A DNA stretch of 64,000 nt from an uncultured Phycisphaerales bacterium (GTDB lineage Bacteria; Planctomycetota; Phycisphaerae; Tepidisphaerales; Tepidisphaeraceae). Where the stretch lies: positions 4,320,001 to 4,384,000 of the forward strand of contig CAVWLP010000002.1 in NCBI GenBank assembly GCA_963755915.1, written 5' to 3'. Shown here in pieces: positions 10,909-20,189 of this stretch (positions within the stretch are counted from its first letter, which is position 1; every line of letters starts with the position of its first letter). The position numbers were made by a program, and so were the translations under genes. The notes below the pieces were generated by a model. That model had not been told where the DNA came from. It did no database searches and saw only the letters and a list, made by a program, of their open reading frames with translations.

Positions 10909-11628
10909 ATGCGAGGCCCAATCTTCTCACGTACCGCGTACCTTACGGCCGCCGCTCTGTTCGCTTTCGCGGCACGCTCCCATGCGGCTATCGTCACCGT
11001 CAGCTCGGCAACCATGACCGACGCCTACATGGCCTGGACACCGCTGCCCGGAAACACCGTTGGCGGCGCCAGCGCCGGCGGCTGGAGCGTCGGCGCACTC
11101 GACGCCAGCTTCGACGTCACCGGCGAAACCGTTACCGTCAGCCCCAACACCAATATCGCCGACACTGCTGCCGGTAGCACCTACTGGTTCATCGGCGGCA
11201 ACACCAACGACCCCGGCCAGCTTATGGACGCCAGCCTCTACGCCGAAGTCGACAGCATCACCGACCTCAATTGGACCTTCAACTACAACGTCCTCTCCAA
11301 CACTTTCCAGTTTCCGCCAATGACCTCCTCCAACGCCTTCATCAAGGCCTTCGCTCCGGGCTATGCCTACATCGGCGAAGTCGACGCGCCATTGACCGTC
11401 GGCACGGGCAGCCTCACCTTGAATCCCTCAACCCCCGGCTTCTCCAGCCTCGCCGCCGGCGACATCATCCAGTACGGTTTTGAAACGGTCGGCCCCGACC
11501 TGACCGACAGCGCCGCTGCCGCCGCAGGCAACGCCGTCATCACCGCGGTCGTCCCCGAGCCAACCACCTGCACAATCCTGCTCGGCCTGGCGGGTGGTTA
11601 TCTCCTCCGGAGGAAACGGACTGCCTAA
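10909..11628 (+). CDS. Small secreted PEP-CTERM protein
   Basis: RBS GGAGG; signal peptide ending RSHA; C-terminal VPEPTTCTILLGLAGGYLLRRKRTA. Confidence 0.88.
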   Translation: MRGPIFSRTAYLTAAALFAFAARSHAAIVTVSSATMTDAYMAWTPLPGNTVGGASAGGWSVGALDASFDVTGETVTVSPNTNIADTAAGSTYWFIGGNTNDPGQLMDASLYAEVDSITDLNWTFNYNVLSNTFQFPPMTSSNAFIKAFAPGYAYIGEVDAPLTVGTGSLTLNPSTPGFSSLAAGDIIQYGFETVGPDLTDSAAAAAGNAVITAVVPEPTTCTILLGLAGGYLLRRKRTA

Positions 11629-11704
11629 AATAGGAATTGTCTTCAGCCGTTGAAATGTAAGTCGCGTGTTTCCAAAATTTGTTTCAGGAAGTTCGCAACC
11701 GAAT

Positions 11705-13527
11705 ATGTACTCGCATGCGACTCGTCTCCGGCTGGCCTTCGTTCTCCTGGCCGTTGCAGCTATTTCGCCCTCCTACGCTGCCTCGGACCCGGACGCCCCC
11801 TCACACGTCCAGCTCCGCAAGACCGACAACGGCTGGACGATCCTCCGCGAAGGCCAGCCCTTTTTCATCCAGGGCGCCGGTGGCGACGGTTCGAGACAGC
11901 TCCTGAAAGATTGCGGCGGGAACTCCTTTCGCCTCTGGGGAGCGGATGACATCGGGCCCCAGCTCGACGAGGCACAACGCCTGGGGCTCGCTGTCACCGT
12001 CGGCATCTGGCTCGAGCACGCCGGTGGGCCAAACCACTTCGACTACCACGACCCCGCCCAGGTCGCCCACCAACTCCAAAAAGTCCGCGACGCGGTAGAG
12101 CGCTACAAAAATTACCCCGCCGTTCTAATCTGGTGCGTCGGCAACGAAATGGAAGGCTACGCCGACGGTGGTGATCCCGCCGTCTGGAAAGCCGTCGAAG
12201 ACGCTGCCGCCGCCATCCATCAGCTCGACCCCAACCACCCCACCATGACCGCTATCGCCGAGATCGGCGGCAAGCGCGTCCCCTCCATCAATCAATATTG
12301 CCCCGACATCGACATCATCGGCGTCAACACCTACGCCGGCGGCCCCTCCCTCGCCTCCCGCTATCGCGCCATGAACCCAACCAAGCCCTTCCTCATCACC
12401 GAGTTCGGCCCAGCCGGCACTTGGGAAGTTCCCCTCAACTCCTGGGCGCTCCCGTCGAACCCACCAGCACCGCCAAGGCGGATGAATACCGCGCCACCTA
12501 CGAAAACTCCGTTCTCCCCGAAAAAAATCGCCTCTGTCTTGGCTCCTACGCCTTCCTCTGGGGAAACAAGCAGGAAGCCACCGCCACCTGGTTCGGCATG
12601 TTCCTCCCGGATGGCACCCGCCTCGAACCCGTCGACGCCATGACCCAACTCTGGACCGGCAATCCCCCGCAACAACATTGCCCGCGCCTCCAGCCGATTT
12701 TGGTTGATCACGCCGACGCCAACCCCGGCCAAACCATCCACGCCACCCTCGACGCCACCGACCCGGATGGCAACCCGCTCATCGCCCACTGGGTCCTCAC
12801 CCGCGACGCCGCTGTCTACAAAACCGCCGGCCAATTCCAGGCCGCTCCCAAAAGCCTTCCCGACGCCATCCTCTCCGCCGACATCCGCACCGCGCAAATC
12901 CGCATGCCCACGAGCCCCGGCCCCTACTGGCTCTACGCCTACGTCTACGACGGCCACGGCCGTGCCGCCACCGCCGTCGCCTCCCTGCGCGTTCACGAGC
13001 CATCCGCGCCGTCATCAGGCCACTCCGTCCAGCTCCCCCTCGTCCTCTATTCCGACGATCCCCATCCTCCCACCTTTGTCCCCTCCGGCTGGATGGGCGA
13101 CATCCCCTCCCTCGCCCTCGACGAAAAATGCACCACCTCTCCCCACGCCGGCGATCACTGCCTCAAATGCCAGTTCAAATCCGACACCGGCTTCGGTGGA
13201 ATCGCCTGGCAGAATCCCCCCAACGACTGGGGCGATCAGCCCGGTGGCTTCGATCTCACCGGCGCAACCAAGCTCACCTTCTGGGCCCGCGGCGAAGAGG
13301 GTGGTGAAGTCGTCTCCTTCAAGCTCGGCATCCTGGGCGAGGGCAAAAAATTCCCCGACTCCGACCATGCCGAGCTTCCCGATGTCTCCCTCACCCAGGA
13401 CTGGAAACAATATTCCATCGATCTGGTCGGCAAAGATCTCTCCCGAATCAAAACCGGCTTCGTCTGGGTCACCACGGCCACCGGAAAACCCGTGACCTTT
13501 TACCTCGACGAGATTCAGTACGAGTAG
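11705..13527 (+). CDS. Secreted clan GH-A glycoside hydrolase, GH158-like endo-beta-1,3-glucanase, with C-terminal CBM-like domain; frameshift near 12445
   Basis: FIQGAGG...NSFRLWG...WCVGNE (acid/base)...ITEFGP (nucleophile)...CLGSYAFLWGNKQEATATWFGMF. C-terminal PSGWMGD...DLTGATKLTFWARG domain. One G missing in tgg(g)gc rejoins the frames. Confidence 0.78.
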
Positions 13528-13532
13528 ACGTT

Positions 13533-16032
13533 ATGTTCACAAATACCGGACAGAAAAAGACAAATTCCAATCCCGATAAAACCCGGCGCGGCGACTTCAG
13601 TCGCCGTGTCTTCGCAAACTCCACAAAGCGCCGCGCCAAACTCTTCTCTAACGCCATCGAACCCCTCGAATCCCGCTTCCTCCTCACCGCCGCCCCCACC
13701 ACCGTCAACGCAAACAACGGCTCCACTCCCACCGACATCCAGGTCACCTGGTCCGGCGTCTCCGGCGCAACCGGCTACCAACTCTGGCGCAACTCCTCCG
13801 CCACCACCAACGGCGCAACCGAAATCGCCTCCAACGTCTCCGGCACTTTCTACGACGACACCAATCTCACCGTCGGCAACAACTATTACTACTGGGTCAT
13901 CACCAACGCCTCCGCCGGCAACAGCGGCTTCTCCACCATCGCCAGCGCCACCGCCGGCACCCTCGTCTTCAACGACACCTTCGGCGCCACCGGAATCTCC
14001 TCCGCCTGGGGCAAGGAAAACACCACCGACCCAAACAACCCCGACGTCAATTACGTCAACAACTCCACCACCCTTTATCTCACCAGCGATCCCAACGCCA
14101 CCGATGGCGAAGCTCTGGCCATGTCTCTCTACCCCGTCAACAATTCCACCTCCGATTACGACTCCGCCGAGATCAGCACCCGCGTCGATCCCTCCAACGT
14201 CGCCAACAACCTCGAATACGGCGAAATCGAGGCCCGCATCCAACTCCCCGGCGGCAACGACTCCGCCGCCATCTGGCCCGCATTTTGGATGCTCGGCACC
14301 GACATCTCCTCGGTCGGCTGGCCCAACTGCGGCGAAATCGACATCATGGAAAACGACGGCGCCTACCCCGGCACCAACGACTCCACCCTCCACGGCCCCC
14401 AGACCGGCCAGACCGACGGCTACAACGGCGGCGACGGCGTCGGATCTTCCTTTACCCTCCCCGGTAATCAGGATTTCTATTCCTCCTTCCACACCTTCGC
14501 CGTCAATTGGGGACCCAACTTCTGCACCTTTTCCATCGACGGCAACGTCTTCGCCACCATCACCCCGTCCAATCTCCCTTCGGGCGCCACCTGGGCCTTC
14601 AACGGTCACCCCTTCTACATCATCCTCGACGTCAACGAGGGCGGCAGTTTCGCGCCCGGCAACATCACCAGCGAGCAAACCATGTACGTCGACTGGGTGC
14701 GCGCCTATAGTTTTTCAGCGCCGACGAATCTTGTCGCCTCGGTTGCCACCAGCAGCAGCCCGGCTCACATCTCGTGGGCCGCGGTAACCGGGGCGACTTC
14801 TTACGAGATCTGGCGAAATTCCTCCAATAACTCATCAAGCCCACGGAACTAAACGGCAACGTCACCACCACCAGCTACAACGACACCAGTGCCACCGTCG
14901 GCTCCAACTACTACTACTTCATCGTCGCGGGCAACGCAGCCCAAACCAGCAACTATAGCGCCGGCATCGAAACCCGCCTCACTCCCACCGTCACCATCGC
15001 GACGCCCCCCAGCTATATCGCCTACGATGGCACAAGCGATGTGACGAATTGGGCCACGGCGACCCTCACCGGCGTGAGCGGAAAACCTGCTCCCACCGGC
15101 TCGCCAACCCTCGCCTGGTACGCCGGCTCAACCGACACCGGCACACCGCTCAGTTCCCCCCCAACTAATCTCGGCATCTATACCGTCGTCGCCAACTACG
15201 CCGGCGACACCAACTACGTCCCCACCCAAAGCGCCCCGACAACATTTACGATTCAAAACCCCGTCGGCCTCTCCACCAGCGCCGGGGCAGCCTACAACAT
15301 TACCTGGTCCTCGGGCATCCCGAGCTTAAATGTCACCGCCGGCACCATCACCCTCTCGCAAGACCTCTCGACGACTTTCCCGAATTACAACCTCTCCATC
15401 AACACGAATTCCACGGTCGTCCTGAACGCCACCCAGCACCTCGGCGCCTCGTCCTCACCGGCGGCACCATCGACATCAGCTACTACTCCTTCTATATCGA
15501 TTACGGCTCCAATTCCGACCCTATCGCCACCATCGCCGGCTACATGCAAACCGGCTTTAACCAGCAGCGCTGGACCGGCCAGGGCGGCATCACCTCCTCC
15601 GCCGCCGCCGCCAACCCCTTCGTCTACGCCGTAGGCTACGCCGACTTTAACGACCCGGGAAATCCCGCCAACCTCCCCTCCGGCACCATCTATGTCCGCT
15701 ACACCCTTCTGGGCGACGCCAACCTCGACGGCACGGTGAACGGCTCCGACTTCTCGATCGTGGCCGCCAATTTCGGCCTCGGCGTCACCAACTGGGACGA
15801 AGGGAACTTCCTCTACGGGAGCTCCGTCAATGGGTCGGACTTCTCCGCGCTGGCCTCCAATTTTGGGCAGGGAGTGAGTATTCCGGCGGCTGTTACGCCG
15901 ATCGTCGAAGCTCCTGCCGCAACCAACGCAACGGCATCGACTTCTACGTCGTCCACATCCTCTCAAAGCACGGCGGATCAGACGCTTCACAAGGCGAAGG
16001 GCGGGCACGCAACCGACCGGTTGCGGCACTGA
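13533..16032 (+). CDS. Multidomain GH16 laminarinase-like protein (LEPR-XLL N-terminus, FN3-like repeats, GH16, dockerin-like); frameshifts near 14840 and 15448
   Basis: IEPLESRFLL; YGEIEARI...WPAFWMLG...GWPNCGEIDIME (GH16 ExDxxE); later frames give a second FN3-like repeat and YTLLGDANLDGTVNGSDF. Confidence 0.85.
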
Positions 16033-16199
16033 ACATTTTCGGACAACGGCACCCCGGAAGTGACGGGCGCGCCCGTGCCGCTTCCGGCAACGGCCTGGGG
16101 CGGGCTTGTGCTGCTGGTGGGACTTGGGGGTTTTAAGCAAGTCCGACGGTACTTCATGAGCGTATCGCTGCCGATGGCGTGAAGGAGCGCGATTCTCTG

Positions 16200-16272
16200 C
16201 GCAATCGCTTCGAACGGCAGTTCCGTTGCAACGTGGCCTGAGACGGTGGGCGACTACACCCACCCTACTGGC
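16200..16272 (+). repeat. 73-bp direct repeat copy A, ending in a REP-like GGTGGG...CCCACCCTAC hairpin
   Basis: Gapless match to 17113-17185, 60/73 identical by manual count. Confidence 0.8.
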
Positions 16273-16289
16273 TCGCCAAACCAAAACCC

Positions 16290-16319
16290 TTGACCCGTTC
16301 CTACCGAATACGGTAGTAT
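16290..16319 (+). promoter_or_regulatory. Sigma70-like promoter of the TA operon with a palindromic operator
   Basis: TTGACC-N18-TAGTAT; inverted repeat CTACCG-aata-CGGTAG (16301-16316) overlaps the spacer and -10 box. Confidence 0.6.
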
Positions 16320-16342
16320 CCTCGCGCACTGGAGCGGTCCGC

Positions 16343-16669
16343 GTGCGGCACGAGCGATTTGAATGGGAGAAGGCCAAGGCCGATGCAAACCTCAGAAAGC
16401 ATCGCATCTCTTTTGAAGACGCCGCCGCGGTGCTGGCCGACCGGTTTGGGGAGCAGAGCCATGTTACCGAATTCGATGCAGGGCACTCGCGGCGGGAGGA
16501 TCGCTGGAAGACGGTTGGATCCTGGCCGTTCGACCGATCGAAGGTCTTCGTGATCGTCTGGACCACGCGGGCTGACGAAAGCGGCATGACTGTCACCCGG
16601 ATCATCAGCGCCAGACCGGCAACGCGCGGGGAAAGAAAGGAATACAAAGATGAAACGTCGAGCCCCTAA
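16343..16669 (+). CDS. brnT: BrnT-family ribonuclease toxin
   Basis: RFEWEKAKADANLRKHRISFEDA...EDRWKTVG...TRIISARPATRGERKEY; GTG start after GGAG. Confidence 0.85.
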   Translation: MRHERFEWEKAKADANLRKHRISFEDAAAVLADRFGEQSHVTEFDAGHSRREDRWKTVGSWPFDRSKVFVIVWTTRADESGMTVTRIISARPATRGERKEYKDETSSP

Positions 16670-17015
16670 ACTTATCCGATTCAGCGCATCACAAATCGCC
16701 GCACCAGGTCCGGCCGACCGTCGGCGGATTCGGCAGGCGTTTAAGGGCCGCGTCGACACCAGCGATATCCCCGAAACACGCGGAATCAAGCGTCACGGCC
16801 CGATTTGGAACGCGATTGCCGACGCGATGCAGCGACAGGGCTTGACCGGCCACGCCCTGTGGAAGCTGGCGCGCCCCTTTGCCCCGCAGATGCCCGAATC
16901 CGCGGTATATGAATTCCTTTCCGACAAGCGATCGGTCCGCGTGGAATATGCGGATGCCATGCTCCAGGCATTGCAAGTGCGCCTCGTGTCATGGCGAAAG
17001 AAAAAAGCCGGTTGA
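16650..17015 (+). CDS. Putative antitoxin (BrnA-like DTSDIPE motif + Cro/Xre-like HTH)
   Basis: Overlaps the brnT stop. VDTSDIPE motif, then helical IADAMQRQGLTGHALWKLA...PESAVYEFLSDKRSV...ADAMLQAL. Confidence 0.65.
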   Translation: MKRRAPKLIRFSASQIAAPGPADRRRIRQAFKGRVDTSDIPETRGIKRHGPIWNAIADAMQRQGLTGHALWKLARPFAPQMPESAVYEFLSDKRSVRVEYADAMLQALQVRLVSWRKKKAG

Positions 17016-17062
17016 GGTTGGAGGCGCCGTCTGAATCCCTATTCGTCATCCTAAGAAATTGT

Positions 17063-17185
17063 GTAGGGTGGGGCGTAATCGCCCACCGTCTGGATTACTC
17101 ATCCGCCGACTTCGCGATCGCGTCGAACGGCAGTTCGGCCGCAACGCGCGATGAGGCGGTGGGCGGGTACGCCCACCCTACTGGC
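17063..17185. repeat. Inverted pair of GTAG-type REP-like sequences (REPIN-like), containing direct repeat copy B (17113-17185)
   Basis: GTAGGGTGGGGCGTAATCGCCCACCG at 17063 and its inverted relative CGGTGGGCGGGTACGCCCACCCTAC at 17157-17181. Confidence 0.7.
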
Positions 17186-17201
17186 GCGGTTCCTTGAACA
17201 T

Positions 17202-18809
17202 TCAAATTCTTGAGATCCTCTGCTTCCCCGGAGTACGGAGTGACTGATACAAAAAGATGCCGGCACACAGCAGTAATGCCCACCCCAGACCGGGATACAT
17301 TCCGTCAATGAGCCGCTTTAGCGGCGGTCCCAATGGACCGTGTGCCGTGGGGAGAAAGTCGAGCCGGCCGTCACTGTCGAGCAGAATACCCAGTGTCATC
17401 AAACCGCTGGCTGCCGAGATTATCATCAGAAGAAGGGTCATTCCGAGTGAATCGCCGATCACGATTGCCCCGACGCCGGCGGCCCATACCAAATATCGCT
17501 CGTGCATGTGCGGAGCGAGGGCGAAAAAGAGCAGCCAGGGCGTCGTTGCCGCCACCAGCCAACGAGTACTTTTCCAATGCCGTTGCAAAACCAATCCCAC
17601 GATTGCGGGGATCAACCCGCAAACGTAAATCGCGCCAAGGAGGTCAGCGGTCGTTACCGGGACCGGCGGTAAGGACCAATTCCCCACATGAGGCGTGAAT
17701 GTGAAACAGATATCGTCTGAATTGAAGTGATATCGTCGCTGAAGAATGCCGGACAGAGAGTCGCTTGCGCCCATATCGAGGTTCGGATATTTCTCAATGC
17801 CATATTGGAAGCCGATGCGATACCAATCGAGCGCGGTCGACGAGGAAAAAGCTCCCGAAAAAAAGGCGCCCGCCAGGAGAGTCGTTATAACGCCCTCGAA
17901 CCAAGCTCGCGGCAGCCGACGCAGCAAAAGGGCCGACGCGGCGACGACGGCGATGAAAACAAGCGGAGGCCAATTGGGAGTCCTTCGGCCATCGGAGAAA
18001 TGCGTCAGTAACCACGGAGATACGATTGTGGCTGCGGCAAGCAGAAATCCTCCTAGCCAGCGCAAAGCGGCCAAAAGGTCTCCGCGGAAAACAGGCCAGA
18101 GAACGAATACCGGCGCCACCACCAGCAACTGCCCTTTAAACATGCACCCGATTCCGATGACCACACCGCTGACCATCCATCGCCGCCTGGAGGCCGCCAA
18201 AATCGCCCACAGATAAAATGGCAGGATCCATCCATCCCAACTGGGACGCATCCAGGAGTCGATCCAGATACCGGGATTGAGCCACAAACACATTGAAGCC
18301 GCCAGCGCCAGCCACGAACTGCGAATGGTTTGCCACACGAGCAAGCCGGCCGCCAGCGCCGCGGCCAGTTCCGTGGCATTATTGAACAGAAGCAAGGGCC
18401 GATTGACGCGATATTCGCTTCGCCAGTGACGCAGCTGAAAGCCGGCCAAAAAGTCGGGCATTTTCAGCTCATTGGGATTGATCTGGGGTACCATGTCCGG
18501 AGCGGCGTGATCGAGCCATTTCGCCCAGAGCGTGAAGACCGCCAGCCGAAGCGGCGGATAATCCAGGCCGTAATCATTTTTATCGCGGCTTTGCATCAGC
18601 AACGAATAGAGATTGAAATACCCCAGTTTGTGCGCACGATTTCCCCATCGCAGCGCGTTTTCCATGTCTGACGAATAATGGATACGCGCGCTGGCGCGCC
18701 AAGCCCACGAGCGCAGATGCAGCCCCGCCTCAGCCAGTAGCGCACAGGCGATCGCAAGCAAGACGCGGCGCAACCACCTCGGCCAGAAACCTGGGTCAAC
18801 ATTCTTCAA
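17202..18809 (-). CDS. Polytopic membrane GT-C fold glycosyltransferase-like protein
   Basis: LDYPPL after the first TM helix, WLNPG, FKGQ and PHMHERY motifs; many TM segments. Confidence 0.6.
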   Translation of the reverse strand: MKNVDPGFWPRWLRRVLLAIACALLAEAGLHLRSWAWRASARIHYSSDMENALRWGNRAHKLGYFNLYSLLMQSRDKNDYGLDYPPLRLAVFTLWAKWLDHAAPDMVPQINPNELKMPDFLAGFQLRHWRSEYRVNRPLLLFNNATELAAALAAGLLVWQTIRSSWLALAASMCLWLNPGIWIDSWMRPSWDGWILPFYLWAILAASRRRWMVSGVVIGIGCMFKGQLLVVAPVFVLWPVFRGDLLAALRWLGGFLLAAATIVSPWLLTHFSDGRRTPNWPPLVFIAVVAASALLLRRLPRAWFEGVITTLLAGAFFSGAFSSSTALDWYRIGFQYGIEKYPNLDMGASDSLSGILQRRYHFNSDDICFTFTPHVGNWSLPPVPVTTADLLGAIYVCGLIPAIVGLVLQRHWKSTRWLVAATTPWLLFFALAPHMHERYLVWAAGVGAIVIGDSLGMTLLLMIISAASGLMTLGILLDSDGRLDFLPTAHGPLGPPLKRLIDGMYPGLGWALLLCAGIFLYQSLRTPGKQRISRI

Positions 18810-18852
18810 ATCGAAACTATGCTATCGTTGAAACGCGCCAGGTCCATTGATC

Positions 18853-19923
18853 CTAGGGGGCCACTGACGCCATTTCGCGGAGTTGGCCGCAGGCGGCGTT
18901 GATGTCGTCGCCGCGGGTTTCGCGGAGATGGGCAACGACGCCGCGCGAGCGGAGGAGGTTGACGAATGCCCTGACGCGAGCGGGCGGTGGCGCGACATAA
19001 GCAACCCCGCTGAGGCCCGCGCCGATCGCGTTGTAGGGAATGATGTTGACGTGAGCGCGGAAGCCTTGCATCAAACTGGCGAGCATTAGGGCTTGCTGGT
19101 CTGAGTCGTTCACGCCGTCGATGATGCAGTATTCGATGTTAGGCGTGCGGCCCGTAGCCGCCTCGAACCGCCGGGCGGCGGCCATGACATCGGCGATACT
19201 ATATCGGCGGTTGGAGGGGACGAGGCGCGAGCGCGTCGCGTCGTCGGGCGCGTGCAGCGAGAGGGCAAGGTGCACGTTCAAACCCTCGGCAGCGAGGCGA
19301 TCGATCGCCGGAACGATGCCGACGGTGGAGACTGTGATCTGCCGCCAGCCGAGCCCGCCGAGATTCGGATCGGCGATCCTGCGGATGGCGGCGACGACCG
19401 CGTCGAAATTCAAGAGCGGCTCCCCCATGCCCATGAAAACGAGCGTCTGCAGACGCCGGCCCATCTCAACTGCCTGCTCCTTGAGATGCAAAAACTGCTC
19501 GACGATTTCGCCGGCGTCGAGATTTCGCTCCAGACCCCGGCGGGTGCTGGCGCAAAAGTCGCACCCCATGGCGCACCCCACCTGCGATGAAACGCACCCG
19601 GCCGCCGCGCCCGGCCGAAAGCCAGGCATCAGGACGGATTCGACCGCGGCCTGATCCTCAAACCCGATCAGCAGCTTCAGCGTTCCATCCGCGGCCTGGT
19701 GACGCCGCAGGATTGAAGATCGTCGGACGCAATAATTGGCATCGAGATGCCGCTGGAGCTCCTGTCCAAAAACGCGGGGATCACTCGGCAACTGGCCATT
19801 GGCATGATAAAAACACCGCAGGATGCGGGCGGCGTGCGTAGGCTTATGCCCCGCCTCGGCAAGCTCGCATGCGAGCCGAGTGAGATCGTAGTCAACCAGA
19901 GAGTTTACCGGCGAAGCGCTCAT
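18853..19923 (-). CDS. rlmN: RlmN-family radical SAM RNA methyltransferase
   Basis: CVSSQVGCAMGCDFCAS, VFMGMGEPLLN, LALSLHAP and RGDDINAACGQL. Confidence 0.9.
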   Translation of the reverse strand: MSASPVNSLVDYDLTRLACELAEAGHKPTHAARILRCFYHANGQLPSDPRVFGQELQRHLDANYCVRRSSILRRHQAADGTLKLLIGFEDQAAVESVLMPGFRPGAAAGCVSSQVGCAMGCDFCASTRRGLERNLDAGEIVEQFLHLKEQAVEMGRRLQTLVFMGMGEPLLNFDAVVAAIRRIADPNLGGLGWRQITVSTVGIVPAIDRLAAEGLNVHLALSLHAPDDATRSRLVPSNRRYSIADVMAAARRFEAATGRTPNIEYCIIDGVNDSDQQALMLASLMQGFRAHVNIIPYNAIGAGLSGVAYVAPPPARVRAFVNLLRSRGVVAHLRETRGDDINAACGQLREMASVAP

Positions 19924-19963
19924 CCAACCGAGGTTTTACCCCATCCCGCGGACGTTTAGAAGA

Positions 19964-20048
19964 ATCTCACGCAGAGGCGTGAAGGCGCAGAGGAAAACAT
20001 AGGTTCGAATTCTCAGTACCTCTGCGCCTCCGCGCCTCTGCGTGAGAT
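19964..20048. repeat. Intergenic palindromic element with 30-bp arms and ~9-bp internal periodicity
   Basis: atctcacgcagaggcgtgaaggcgcagagg ... cctctgcgcctccgcgcctctgcgtgagat, 2 mismatches. Confidence 0.85.
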
Positions 20049-20189
20049 CTGAATTCGTTTGGGTTTCAGTAGCGAACCGCCGAGCATATGGCGACTATTT
20101 CACAGCATCAGTTTTACTTGCAACTTTTTGCCCGGTCGAGGGTACAGACACCAGAGCAACTAAAATAAGTCTCCTGCCGAGGATTCATC

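Noticed and set aside
16200-17185. Integron cassette or CRISPR interpretation of the repeats
   Set aside because: No attC RYYYAAC/GTTRRRY ends, no integrase or cas genes, and only two copies 0.9 kb apart.
18853-19923. Possible Cfr resistance methyltransferase
   Set aside because: MGMGEPLLN is RlmN-type, and there is no mobile context.
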